A stretch of 64,000 bases of DNA from Ramlibacter sp. (GTDB lineage: Bacteria > Pseudomonadota > Gammaproteobacteria > Burkholderiales > Burkholderiaceae_C): the NCBI RefSeq assembly GCF_028291745.1, contig NZ_JAQGNQ010000028.1, positions 12,674 to 76,673 of the forward strand. The letters run 5' to 3'. Under the pieces are notes generated by a model. That model saw nothing but the letters and a program-made list of their open reading frames with translations, was not told the DNA's origin and did no database searches. A program made the translations under genes and the position numbers. Below, piece by piece: positions 41,734-51,564 of this stretch. Each line of letters opens with the position of its first letter. The stretch's first letter is position 1.

Positions 41734-42983
<1,250 letters not shown>

Positions 42984-42987
<4 letters not shown>

Positions 42988-43079
42988 GGTGGATCTCGCG
43001 CAGCGAGCTCCACCGTGCGGCGGTCCAGTGACGCGCTGCGCGCCCGCTGGGGTGCGGCTTCGCGCGCATCCCAGCCTAC
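42984..43079. repeat. Two REP-like hairpins (variants related to family C)
   Basis: gtagggtggatctcgcgcagcgagctccacc and gctggggtgcggcttcgcgcgcatcccagcctac lie between convergent genes. Confidence 0.65.
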
Positions 43080-43128
43080 ACCCTCTGGGTCCCGGCTTCG
43101 CCGCAACCCACCCTGCCAAGTCAGGAAA

Positions 43129-44109
43129 TCACTCCGCCTTCGCCCCCGAATCCTTGGCCAGCTTGGCCCAGAACCGGTTCTCCTCCCGCACGAAGGAAGC
43201 GAACTCCGCTGGTGAGGACGAAGGCGAGACGTCGGTGCCCTCGCGGGCCAGCGCCGCCTTCACTTCCGGCTTTTGCAGCGCGAGCTGCGCGGCGTCGAAC
43301 AGCTTCTTCACGACTTCGGGCGGCGTGCCCTGCGGCACGAAGAAGCCGTACCAGAAGTCGATGCGGTAATTCGGCAGGCCCGCCTCCTTCATGCCGGGCA
43401 GCTCGGGCACCAGCGGGAAGCGATCCGCGGTCGTCACGCCCAGGCCCACCAGGCGCCCGGCCTTGATCTGTGGCAGCACCGAGGGCGGCGTGGCAAAGGT
43501 CACCTGCGTGTCGCCGGCAATCACCGACTGCACCGAGGGGCCGCCGCCCTTGAAGGGAATGCCGGTGAGGTCGGTGCCGGCCAGCTGGTTGAACAGCACG
43601 CCACCCAGGTGCGGCGCCGAGCCCATCCCCGCATGCGCGAAGTTGACCTTGCCCGGGTTCTTCTTCGCATAGGCGATCAGCTCGGGAATCGACTTCACGC
43701 CGATCTGCGGATTCGCCGCCACCACCAGCGGCGAGGCCGTGAGCTTCGCCACCGGGACCAGGCTGTGCGCCGTGGGCGCCCGCTTGGGATCGATCGCGGG
43801 ATTGACCGAGATCGCGCTGGGGCTGGCGATCAGCACGGTGTAGCCATCGGGCGCTGCCCTGGCGACGAAGTCGGCGGCCAGGCTGGAACCGGCGCCGGGC
43901 TTGTTGTCGATGATGACCGGCTGGCCCAAGGCACGTGCCAGCGCGTCGCCGACGCTGCGGCCCACGTAGTCGGCCGCGCCGCCGGGCGTGAAGCCCACGA
44001 CGAGACGGATCGGCCGGTCGGGCCAGTTCGTGGTCGGCGCGGCGGTCTGCGCCGCGACCGGGCCGCCGAATGCGAAAGCCAGCGCCAGGCTGGTGGCAAG
44101 CACGCGCAT
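43129..44109 (-). CDS. Bug/TctC-family substrate-binding protein
   Basis: The translation reads MRVLATSLALAFAFGGPVAAQ...IIDNKPGAGSSLA...IPFKGGGPSVQSVIAGDTQV. The ATG is at 44109, 1 nt after the upstream stop. Confidence 0.85.
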   Translation of the reverse strand: MRVLATSLALAFAFGGPVAAQTAAPTTNWPDRPIRLVVGFTPGGAADYVGRSVGDALARALGQPVIIDNKPGAGSSLAADFVARAAPDGYTVLIASPSAISVNPAIDPKRAPTAHSLVPVAKLTASPLVVAANPQIGVKSIPELIAYAKKNPGKVNFAHAGMGSAPHLGGVLFNQLAGTDLTGIPFKGGGPSVQSVIAGDTQVTFATPPSVLPQIKAGRLVGLGVTTADRFPLVPELPGMKEAGLPNYRIDFWYGFFVPQGTPPEVVKKLFDAAQLALQKPEVKAALAREGTDVSPSSSPAEFASFVREENRFWAKLAKDSGAKAE

Positions 44110-44110
44110 G

Positions 44111-44932
44111 TCAGTGGCCACGGAACACGGGCTTGCGCTTTTCCATGAAGGCGCGGCGGCCTTCGGCGTAATCCTCGCTCTCGAAGCAGTCGAGGATCAG
44201 GCGCTTGCACCGGTCCATGTCGAGGTCGGCATCGTCCTTGAGCATCTCCTCGATGATCTTCTTGCCCGCATGCACGGTCAGCGGGGCGTTGGCGGCCAGG
44301 GTCGTGGTGTATTCGGCGAGCAGTTCGCCCAGCGCCTCGGGCGCGGCCACCCGCGTGACCAGGCCGACCGACCTGGCCTCGGCCGCGTCGATCTTGCGGG
44401 CCGTGAAGAACAGGTCCTTGGCGACGCCGACGCCCACCAGGTTCACCAGGTTCTTCAGCGCCGAATAGCGGTAGCCCAGCCCGAGTCGCGCCGCCGGAAT
44501 GGAGAACACGGAATCGCTGCTGGCAATGCGGAAGTCGCAGCTGATCGCCACGTTGACGCCGCCGCCGATGCAGAAGCCGCGGATGCAGGCGAGCGTGGGC
44601 TTGCCGCAGCGGTAGATCGCCATCAGCGCTTCCTCGGCCAGCACCTCGTAGACCTTGACGGCCTCGCGCGCCGCCCGCATGTCCTCGAACTGCGAGATGT
44701 CGGCGCCCGAGACGAACGCCTTTTCGCCGGCGCCCGAGAACACCACCAGCCGCACGGCGGGGTCGTCCTCGGCCTGCGCCAGCAGCGGCGGGATCGCCTG
44801 CCACATGTCCACGGACAGCGCGTTGTGCTTGGCGGGATTGTTGAAGCGGATGTGCAGCGTGGACGTTTCGGTCCAGACCTGCACGCGATCGGTGGGCGAC
44901 GTGTATGCCGCCGGAGCAAGGGCCTCGGTCAT
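44111..44932 (-). CDS. Enoyl-CoA hydratase/isomerase (crotonase) family protein
   Basis: The translation contains ...VVFSGAGEKAFVSGADISQF...GFCIGGGVNVAISCDFRIAS.... Confidence 0.85.
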   Translation of the reverse strand: MTEALAPAAYTSPTDRVQVWTETSTLHIRFNNPAKHNALSVDMWQAIPPLLAQAEDDPAVRLVVFSGAGEKAFVSGADISQFEDMRAAREAVKVYEVLAEEALMAIYRCGKPTLACIRGFCIGGGVNVAISCDFRIASSDSVFSIPAARLGLGYRYSALKNLVNLVGVGVAKDLFFTARKIDAAEARSVGLVTRVAAPEALGELLAEYTTTLAANAPLTVHAGKKIIEEMLKDDADLDMDRCKRLILDCFESEDYAEGRRAFMEKRKPVFRGH

Positions 44933-44975
44933 GCGGCGCAGTATCCCGCGTGCCGGGCCTCGCGCGGATCGGGTA

Positions 44976-45662
44976 TTACCCGCCGGGCGTCACGCTGGCC
45001 ATCCACCGCGCCGTCGCATCCAGCAGTTCCTGCAGCACCTGCGCATCCGTGCGCCCCGAACGTGCCAGCACATGGAACGCATGGTCCGCACCTTCCACCA
45101 CGTGCAGCGTCGCGCGCGCGCCCAGGCTGGCGTGCACCTGCCGGATCAATCCGAGGTCGGCCAGTGCATCCCGCGTGCCTTGCAGGAACAGCATGGGCAA
45201 TTGCACCTGCTGCAGGTGCGCGGCCCGCGCCGTGGCAGGCTTGCTGGCCGGGTGCAGCGGAAAGCCCACGAAGACCAGGCCGCGCACGCCGGCCAGCGGC
45301 TCTTCCGCTTGCGCCTGCGAACTCATGCGGCCACCGAAGGACTTGCCGCCCGCGAACAGCGGCACACCCGGCAAGCGGCGCGCCGCTTCCGCCACCGCGC
45401 AGCGCACGGTGGCCTGGGCGCGTGCCGGCGAATCGGGCCGCTTGACACCGTGTTCGGCAAAGGGAAACTGGAAGCGCAGCGTGGCGATGTGGCGCTCGGC
45501 CAATCCCTGCGCGAGCGAGGCAAGGAACATGTGCTGCATGCCTGCGCCGGCGCCATGCGCCAGTACGAGGGCCGCATGCGGAGGGTCCGGCAGGTCCAGC
45601 AGGGCCGAGGTGGTGGCGCCTTCCGGCAGTGCAAGCCGCAGCGGCTCGGCGGCCGGGCTCAC
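44976..45662 (-). CDS. Alpha/beta hydrolase (dienelactone-hydrolase/KANL3-like)
   Basis: The nucleophile elbow is GGKSFGGR, preceded by ...LVLAHGAGAGM.... The GTG start at 45662 overlaps the upstream stop (GTGA). Confidence 0.65.
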   Translation of the reverse strand: MSPAAEPLRLALPEGATTSALLDLPDPPHAALVLAHGAGAGMQHMFLASLAQGLAERHIATLRFQFPFAEHGVKRPDSPARAQATVRCAVAEAARRLPGVPLFAGGKSFGGRMSSQAQAEEPLAGVRGLVFVGFPLHPASKPATARAAHLQQVQLPMLFLQGTRDALADLGLIRQVHASLGARATLHVVEGADHAFHVLARSGRTDAQVLQELLDATARWMASVTPGG

Positions 45663-45829
45663 CCGCCGTGGAAGCCGTCGAGGATCTTGGGGTCCGGCTT
45701 CTCGGGCTGGATGGTCGAATCGTTGGTGCGTTCGGGCGTATTGAGCTGGCGACTGCGTTCTTCGGCTTCGCGCAGCTTCGCCTGGGCCTCTTCGGGCGGA
45801 TGCGGGTTGGCGTTGTTCAGGTCGGACAT
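45659..45829 (-). CDS. Small hydrophilic hypothetical protein (56 aa)
   Basis: The protein begins MSDLNNANPHPPEEAQAKLREAEERSRQLN.... A GGAGA SD lies 7 nt upstream. It is translationally coupled to the hydrolase gene. Confidence 0.4.
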   Translation of the reverse strand: MSDLNNANPHPPEEAQAKLREAEERSRQLNTPERTNDSTIQPEKPDPKILDGFHGG

Positions 45830-45945
45830 CTTGATCTCCATGAGCCCGATGCTAGGCGGCTGCCGCGATGCCGACATCAGCGCGGGGCCGCGCTGCGTGT
45901 AGGCAAGGCCGCGCAGCGCGCGGCACCTTTGCTGTGAGTAGCGCT

Positions 45946-46149
45946 TCAGTGCAGCCGCGATTCGACGGCCGGCACCGACAGCTCGCGGCCGACCATGGCG
46001 CGGGCGTACAGGTAATTGTTGCGAGCGGACTCGCTCATCGCGTCCATGTTGACCTGGCCCTTCGGGTCGCACGGGAAGGCGTACCCGCGGCCGCTGTGGA
46101 ACAGCGAACGGAAGCAAAGCTGGTAGGCGTTGGTCGTGGTTTCGAACAT
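45946..46149 (-). CDS. Small hypothetical protein (67 aa)
   Basis: The protein begins MFETTTNAYQLCFRSLFHSGRGYAFPCDPKGQVNMDAMSESARNNYLYARAM.... A GGAGAG SD lies upstream. I did not recognise a family. Confidence 0.4.
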   Translation of the reverse strand: MFETTTNAYQLCFRSLFHSGRGYAFPCDPKGQVNMDAMSESARNNYLYARAMVGRELSVPAVESRLH

Positions 46150-46623
46150 GGTGCTCTCCGCGGTCTGTGATTGGCTGCCTCTTGGCATGCATTCACTATC
46201 GGCGAGACGCAGGCGCCTTGGGATCAGCGCATGCTGTATCGCAGGCTCGGCGGGCACCGATTCCAAGGCGGGATGCAGGCCGAGCCGGCATAGGACCTGT
46301 CCTATGCAGCGAAAGCTTTCGGCGTATGCCCGGCGTCGCCAAGCGCCCGGCTCCCATGACGCTCATCCGCTGGAATGCCCGCGCTAGCGAGCACTTTTTA
46401 CGTAGGCTGGCGCTGAGCCCGGCCAAGCTCAACGGTTCCCGAGCTGCCGCGCAGCAGGTCGAACCCGATGCCCCGCCCCAGGCATCGCGGAAAACCTGCA
46501 TGGCACGGCCGCGCCACGAGGCCGTGCGTGTCGGTCTGCCCGCACACGCGGACGCAGGCGCCCCCGACGACGCTGCATGGGCCTGCGCGCGAGGATGGTC
46601 GCAGGACCGAAAAAGGAATACCA

Positions 46624-47121
46624 ATGAACGACACGAACCAGCACGAAGCCTTGTGGAACCTGATCAAGGAAACGCGTTTCTGCATGCTGGCGCACCGCCA
46701 CGCCGACGGCTCGCTGCATTCGCACCCGCTCACCACGCAGAACAAGGAGCTGGGTTCCGACGGCTGCCTCTACTTCTTCGTCGCCCGGTCCACCGAGATG
46801 GGCCAGCGCCTGCAGCAGGACGGCAACGTCAACCTGTCCTATGCGAACCCGGGCCAGGACACCTGGGTTTCGGTCAGCGGCAACGCGCGCGTGGTGGACG
46901 ACATCGCGAAGAAGAAGTACCTCTTCAACACCGCCGCGAAGGCCTGGTTCCCGAACGGCCCCGAGGACCCGAACATGGAACTGGTGGAGGTCCGCATCTC
47001 CGAAGCCGAATACTGGAACGTGAAGGAGAACAAGCTGCTGCAGATGATCAAGATGGGCACGGCCGCCGCCACCGGCAGCCGGCCAGAGATGGGCGAGCAC
47101 AAGGAAGTTCGGTTCAACTAG
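46624..47121 (+). CDS. Pyridoxamine 5'-phosphate oxidase-fold protein (general stress protein 26-like)
   Basis: The translation reads MNDTNQHEALWNLIKETRFCMLAHRHADGSLHSHPL...NVNLSYANPGQDTWVSVSGNARVVDD...EYWN. Confidence 0.75.
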   Translation: MNDTNQHEALWNLIKETRFCMLAHRHADGSLHSHPLTTQNKELGSDGCLYFFVARSTEMGQRLQQDGNVNLSYANPGQDTWVSVSGNARVVDDIAKKKYLFNTAAKAWFPNGPEDPNMELVEVRISEAEYWNVKENKLLQMIKMGTAAATGSRPEMGEHKEVRFN

Positions 47122-47133
47122 GCAATCGAAATA

Positions 47134-47147
47134 CGGGCATCCGCCCG
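47134..47147 (+). terminator. Short hairpin after the PNPOx-fold gene
   Basis: cgggc-atcc-gcccg is followed by gttt. It lies between convergent genes and is weak. Confidence 0.3.
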
Positions 47148-47160
47148 GTTTCAGCAGCCC

Positions 47161-47562
47161 TTACTTCCCCGCAACGTTGATCGAGCGCAGGTAGCTCACG
47201 ACGTCGCGCATCTGTTCGTCGGTCAGTTCGCTGCCCCAGGGCGGCATGAACTGCGAGCGGGCCATCGCCTGGCCGCCGTTGCGGATGATCAGCAGCATGT
47301 ACTGCTCGTTCTTGTCGCTGGCACGCAGGTTCGCCGGCCTCGGGTTGTACAGCCGCGCGGCGCGGCCGTTGCCGTCGGCGTTGATGCCGTGGCAGGTCAC
47401 GCAGTAGTTGGCGAACACCACCCCGCCGCGAAACACCGCCGCGTCCGCGCCATCGCGCGGCAGCAGGGGGCCGTTGCCAAGCGACTCGACCTCCGCCGCC
47501 GTGTTCGCGGCCTGCAGTTGCCCCGTGAGTGCGAGCAACGCGGCCGCCAGCAGCCACTTCAC
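47161..47562 (-). CDS. Mono-haem c-type cytochrome (periplasmic)
   Basis: From the GTG at 47562 the translation starts VKWLLAAALLALTGQLQA (signal peptide). The haem motif is CVTCH, with a distal Met region FMPPWG. The start overlaps the cupredoxin stop (GTGA). Confidence 0.75.
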   Translation of the reverse strand: MKWLLAAALLALTGQLQAANTAAEVESLGNGPLLPRDGADAAVFRGGVVFANYCVTCHGINADGNGRAARLYNPRPANLRASDKNEQYMLLIIRNGGQAMARSQFMPPWGSELTDEQMRDVVSYLRSINVAGK

Positions 47563-47885
47563 TTCTGCACCTCGATCAGCATCTTCATGTCCGGGTGCAC
47601 GGCGCACTCGACTTCGATCACGCCCGGCTTGTCCATCTGCACGGTCTTGCTCTGGCCTTGCCCATAGGAGCCGAGGTCGAAGCTCTTGGTGTCCGACAGC
47701 GAGAACACGTTGTGGGCGAACGGATCGTCGTTGACGAAGGTGACGCTCTCGCCCACCTTCACGCTCATCTTCGCGGCAGAGAAGGCCTTGCCTTTCTGGC
47801 TGACCACGTGGTCGCCGGCCAGCGCCGGCACGGCAAGCATCGCCAGCGGCAGGGCCGCCAGGCACAGGATGCGGTTCTTCTTCAT
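47559..47885 (-). CDS. Small periplasmic cupredoxin (type-1 copper, amicyanin-like ligand spacing)
   Basis: It has a signal peptide. The copper-ligand pattern is His (FAHNV) ... Cys-x2-His-x2-Met (ECAVHPDM). It is 108 aa. Confidence 0.7.
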   Translation of the reverse strand: MKKNRILCLAALPLAMLAVPALAGDHVVSQKGKAFSAAKMSVKVGESVTFVNDDPFAHNVFSLSDTKSFDLGSYGQGQSKTVQMDKPGVIEVECAVHPDMKMLIEVQK

Positions 47886-47909
47886 GACTTCAACTTCCTC
47901 TCTTCAAGA

Positions 47910-49475
47910 TCAAGCTTGCAGCCCCGACAGCCGCTGCGAGAGCGCCGCCGAGGTCTGGGTCATCGCCCGCGAGGTGGCGTCCAGCAGTTGCGCGTGACGC
48001 TGGCCTTCGCGCAGCACTTCCACCAACTCTTGCGATTCGTGTTCCATCGCACCGATCACCTCGGCCTGGCGCTGGAAGGAGCGGCCGAAGCCCTGCACCT
48101 CGTGCGCCAGTCCTTCCACCACCTCGCGGCTGGCGCGGGCGGAGGCATCGAGCGTCTTCACGCGCTCGGCGCAATCGTCCATGAAGCTGCCGGTCAGGCG
48201 CACCGCCTCGGTCGTGGCGGCCAGCTGCTGCGCGATGTCCTGGCTGGCGCGCGCGATCTGCACGGCGGCGGCCTGGGTGTTTCCGGACAGCTCGCGCACC
48301 GCGGAGGCGATCACGCCGAAGCCGCGACCGGCCGCGCCGGCACGCGCCGCTTCCACCGCGGCGTTCAGCGACAGCAGCCGCGTGGTGGCCGAGATGCCGC
48401 CGATCTCCTGCGCGAAATGGCCGATCGCTTCGCAGCTGCGGACGAGCGCGCCGGTCGATGCCAGCAGCCTGCGCGTCTCCTCGCCGGTCGCCGTGATGCG
48501 CTCCGCCAGGGCGCCGGCGGCACCGGCGTGCTCACGCGACGAAGCGGCAGAGGTGTGACAGGTGGCGCTCAAGGCCTGCAGTTCCTGCAGCGAGCGATGC
48601 GCCTCGTGGGTGATCGCGCCGGCCGAGGCCTCGAAGCCTTCCAGCAGCACGCGCAGCCGCTCGTTGGCCTGCTGCACCTCGCGGTTCACCTGGTCCAGCT
48701 CGCAGCCGCCCGCATCGAGCGAGCCGGCGCTGTGCGCGACTTCTTCTAGCAACTGTTCCACCTGGTCGCTGCGCGTGAAGCGCTGCATCAGGCGCCGGTG
48801 AAAGACGAACACCAGCAGCGCGCACAGCAGCGTCGCCCCCACCAGCCCGGTGAGTACGTCGCGCAACAGCCGATCGCGTTGTCTCGCCGCCGCCTGCTGG
48901 CGCTCGGCTTCCGCCTCGAGAATGGCGGCCGACAGTTGGTCGATGCGCTGCAGCGTTCCGGCGATCTGGTCCAGTGACTGCTGCGCCTGGTCCCGTGCGC
49001 CATTGCGCGCCTGCACGATCACGTTCACGCGCGGGCCCTTCACGCCCTCGACCAGGCGCGCCATGTCGCGGACCTCCGCACTGTCGGGAATGGCGCGCAG
49101 CAGCGCGGTCACCGCGTCTTCCAGGTGCGCGGCCGCCGAGATCGAGGCGACCGCCGCCGCGCGCAGCCGCACCGGATCCGCCTGCGCCACCACCTGCGCG
49201 AGCAGGCTGTCCACTTCCACGACGGCCATGCGCGCCGCGCTGGCGGCACGGTTGCGTTCGTGGCTGGCGAGTTCGTCGGCGGCGACCTGCGACAGCACCT
49301 TCCACAGGGCGGTGCCCGACCCGGCTGCCAGCAGCAGGACCAGCAGCGTCATCGCCCAGGCAAAGCCGGTGACCTGCCGCTTCCAGTGCGACACCGCGCT
49401 GGCCTTGCGCGGGGCGGCAGCGGCGGGCGTGGACCGCAAGGGCGGCGGCAGGACGGCGGTGAGGACGGCGCTCAC
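47910..49475 (-). CDS. Methyl-accepting chemotaxis protein (two TM segments, about 170-aa periplasmic helical sensor)
   Basis: The signalling hairpin is TRLLSLNAAVEAARAGAAGRGFGVIASAVRELS. The GTG start at 49475 is uncertain. Confidence 0.85.
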   Translation of the reverse strand: MSAVLTAVLPPPLRSTPAAAAPRKASAVSHWKRQVTGFAWAMTLLVLLLAAGSGTALWKVLSQVAADELASHERNRAASAARMAVVEVDSLLAQVVAQADPVRLRAAAVASISAAAHLEDAVTALLRAIPDSAEVRDMARLVEGVKGPRVNVIVQARNGARDQAQQSLDQIAGTLQRIDQLSAAILEAEAERQQAAARQRDRLLRDVLTGLVGATLLCALLVFVFHRRLMQRFTRSDQVEQLLEEVAHSAGSLDAGGCELDQVNREVQQANERLRVLLEGFEASAGAITHEAHRSLQELQALSATCHTSAASSREHAGAAGALAERITATGEETRRLLASTGALVRSCEAIGHFAQEIGGISATTRLLSLNAAVEAARAGAAGRGFGVIASAVRELSGNTQAAAVQIARASQDIAQQLAATTEAVRLTGSFMDDCAERVKTLDASARASREVVEGLAHEVQGFGRSFQRQAEVIGAMEHESQELVEVLREGQRHAQLLDATSRAMTQTSAALSQRLSGLQA

Positions 49476-49494
49476 CGGTACTCCGGGCGCGGGC

Positions 49495-50574
49495 TCATCG
49501 CGGCAGCTCCGGCATCACGAACGCGGTGCGCTGGCCGGTGAGCGAGCGCAGGAAGGCCACCAGGTCTTCTTTCTCCTGCTCCGACAGGTGCAGCGGCTTC
49601 ATGTTGGTCGAGAGGTTGCTGCGGTCGTCGCCGCCGCGCACGTAGTGGTCGACCACCTCGCGCAACGTGGCGGCGGAGCCGTCGCGGAAGTAAGGCGCGG
49701 TGAGCTCGATGTCGCGCAGCGTCGGCGTCTTGAAGGCGCCCTTCATGCTGGCGACCGGGCGCACGCCGAAGCGGCCCGGGTCCGGCTTGCCGCTGGCGGC
49801 GATGCCGATGTTGTGAAAGCCGTTGTCGGTGAAGTTGGGGCCGTTGTGGCAGGCCGCGCAATTGCCCTTGTCCGGATTCGCGAAGACCTGGAAGCCGCGC
49901 CACTGCGCTGGCGTCAGCGCCTGCGCGTCGCCGGCCAGCCAGCGGTCGAAGGGCGAATCGCTGGAGACCAGCGTGCGCTCGAAGGTCGCGAGTGCCTTGG
50001 CGATCGTTTCCTCGGTGATGCCTTCGCGCGGATAGGCCTCGTCGAACAGGGCCACGTAGGCAGGCAGCCCGCGCAGCCGCTCGAACAGCGTGGCGAAGTC
50101 GGTGTCCATTTCGTCCCTGGCCTTCATCGGCCCGAGCGCCTGGTCTTCCAGCGACTTCTTGCGTCCGTCCCACATGAATTGCGTATTGAACGCGGTGTTG
50201 ACCACCGTCGGCGTGGCGCGGGCCAGCACCTGGCCGCCGACGCCCACCGCCGTCTTGAGGCCATCGGACCAGCCGAGCGCCGGGTTGTGGCAACTCGCGC
50301 ACGACGTGGTGCCGCTGCCGGAGAGGCGCGGATCGAAGAACAGCGCCTTGCCAAGCTGGATGCGCGCCGGCGTGCCGGGGTTGTCGGGCGGCATGGGCGG
50401 GCTCGCCGGCAAGCGCCACTCCAGCTGTGCGGCGGTGGCGGACGGCACCGTGGGTGTGTTCGCCGCCGTCGGCAGCGACAGGGAAATCAGCAGCAGTGCC
50501 GCGGTCCACGCCGCGTGGCGCCGGGTGCGTGCGCGCTGTGCACGCACGATCGAAGACAGGCGTCCTCCCAACAT
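49495..50574 (-). CDS. Di-haem cytochrome c peroxidase (CCP/MauG family)
   Basis: It carries two haem motifs, CASCHNP and CAACHNGPNF, plus the family patterns FFDPRLSG and FKTPTLR. The ATG at 50574 has a GGAGGAG SD. Confidence 0.85.
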   Translation of the reverse strand: MLGGRLSSIVRAQRARTRRHAAWTAALLLISLSLPTAANTPTVPSATAAQLEWRLPASPPMPPDNPGTPARIQLGKALFFDPRLSGSGTTSCASCHNPALGWSDGLKTAVGVGGQVLARATPTVVNTAFNTQFMWDGRKKSLEDQALGPMKARDEMDTDFATLFERLRGLPAYVALFDEAYPREGITEETIAKALATFERTLVSSDSPFDRWLAGDAQALTPAQWRGFQVFANPDKGNCAACHNGPNFTDNGFHNIGIAASGKPDPGRFGVRPVASMKGAFKTPTLRDIELTAPYFRDGSAATLREVVDHYVRGGDDRSNLSTNMKPLHLSEQEKEDLVAFLRSLTGQRTAFVMPELPR

Positions 50575-50820
50575 TGACTCCTCCGCGCCGGACGGGTCGG
50601 CGATTTGTTTTGCGATTCCGATACACACCGTAACAAACCGCGGTCCGGCAGGACAAGGCACCAAAGGAGGAACGAGCGGTGCGCACGGGGCGGGCGGTAG
50701 GCGGGTGACGACGGGCGGCTTGCGCTGTGGGCTGGACGCTGCACGCAACGAAGGCGTGCGCGTCCTCTGTCGTACGTCATCCGCCGGGGCGCATCGCATT
50801 CTTGCGCCCGCAACGATCGC

Positions 50821-51519
50821 TCAGAGGCAGTAGCTGCTGCCGCGCTTGTAGTTCGCGCCCCAGGTCCGGTAGCCGTTGCGGTCGATGTGGATGCGGCCGC
50901 TGGGGTAGCGGCTCACGCCCATGTCCCACTTGCGGCCCTCCTCGCGCCAGAAGCGGCACAGGCGCGCGCCCTGCGCAGGCGTGAGCGGGGCGATGTCGAC
51001 CGCGAACTTCTGGTGCGAACTGCCGGGCGCGCCGCCGGCACAGCGGTTCAGCCGCGGGTCGCGATAAGCCGAGACCACCTCGAAGCCAGGCAGCACCTGC
51101 TGCGCGCGCAATTCGCGCAGCAGGACCAGCAGGTCACGGACCTTGTCCCATTCGGCGGTCGGCGGCACCTCGAAGGGCTCGGCATGGCACTCCTTCCACA
51201 TCGAGGCGCTGCGCAGCAGCTGGTAGGTGGGCACCACCTGCGCGACGTTCTGCTTGACGAGGTAGCCCGAGAACGGATCGACCTCGCCGGCATGCTTGCT
51301 GTGCCAGAGGGTGAACAGCACGATGTCGCGCTCGGGGTCGGCCTGCGCTTGCGCCGGCTCGCCCGGCGCGGGGGCGGGCGTGTTCGCCGGCTCGGCCGGC
51401 GTGGGGATGGCAACCTGCGGCACCGGCTGGGGCTCCTGCCGCCGCGTGCAGGCAGCGACCAGCGCCAGCAATGCGCCGATGGCCAGCGTGCGGCGACACA
51501 GCAGGGCGGGCATGCGCAT
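50821..51519 (-). CDS. Lipoprotein with peptidase M15 (D-Ala-D-Ala carboxypeptidase/DUF882-like) zinc motif
   Basis: The lipobox is LVAAC. A Pro/Ala-rich linker follows, then SAYRDPRLNRCAGGAPGSSHQKFAVDI...GRIHIDRNG (His, Asp, His ligand pattern). Confidence 0.6.
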   Translation of the reverse strand: MRMPALLCRRTLAIGALLALVAACTRRQEPQPVPQVAIPTPAEPANTPAPAPGEPAQAQADPERDIVLFTLWHSKHAGEVDPFSGYLVKQNVAQVVPTYQLLRSASMWKECHAEPFEVPPTAEWDKVRDLLVLLRELRAQQVLPGFEVVSAYRDPRLNRCAGGAPGSSHQKFAVDIAPLTPAQGARLCRFWREEGRKWDMGVSRYPSGRIHIDRNGYRTWGANYKRGSSYCL

Positions 51520-51564
51520 GGGCGCAGCCTAGCGTGCGGCGCTGCCTGCGCGTGTAGGTCGCGC

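Noticed and set aside
47161-50574. Interpreting the MauG-like peroxidase plus amicyanin-like cupredoxin as a methylamine utilisation (mau) cluster
   Set aside because: No methylamine dehydrogenase large or small subunit or mauD/E-like genes are present. An MCP occupies the middle of the operon.
50575-50820. A 246-nt intergenic region checked for tRNA, sRNA or regulatory repeats
   Set aside because: I found no tRNA-like conserved arms, no convincing promoter boxes and no strong hairpins. It is probably just the promoter or leader of the peroxidase operon.
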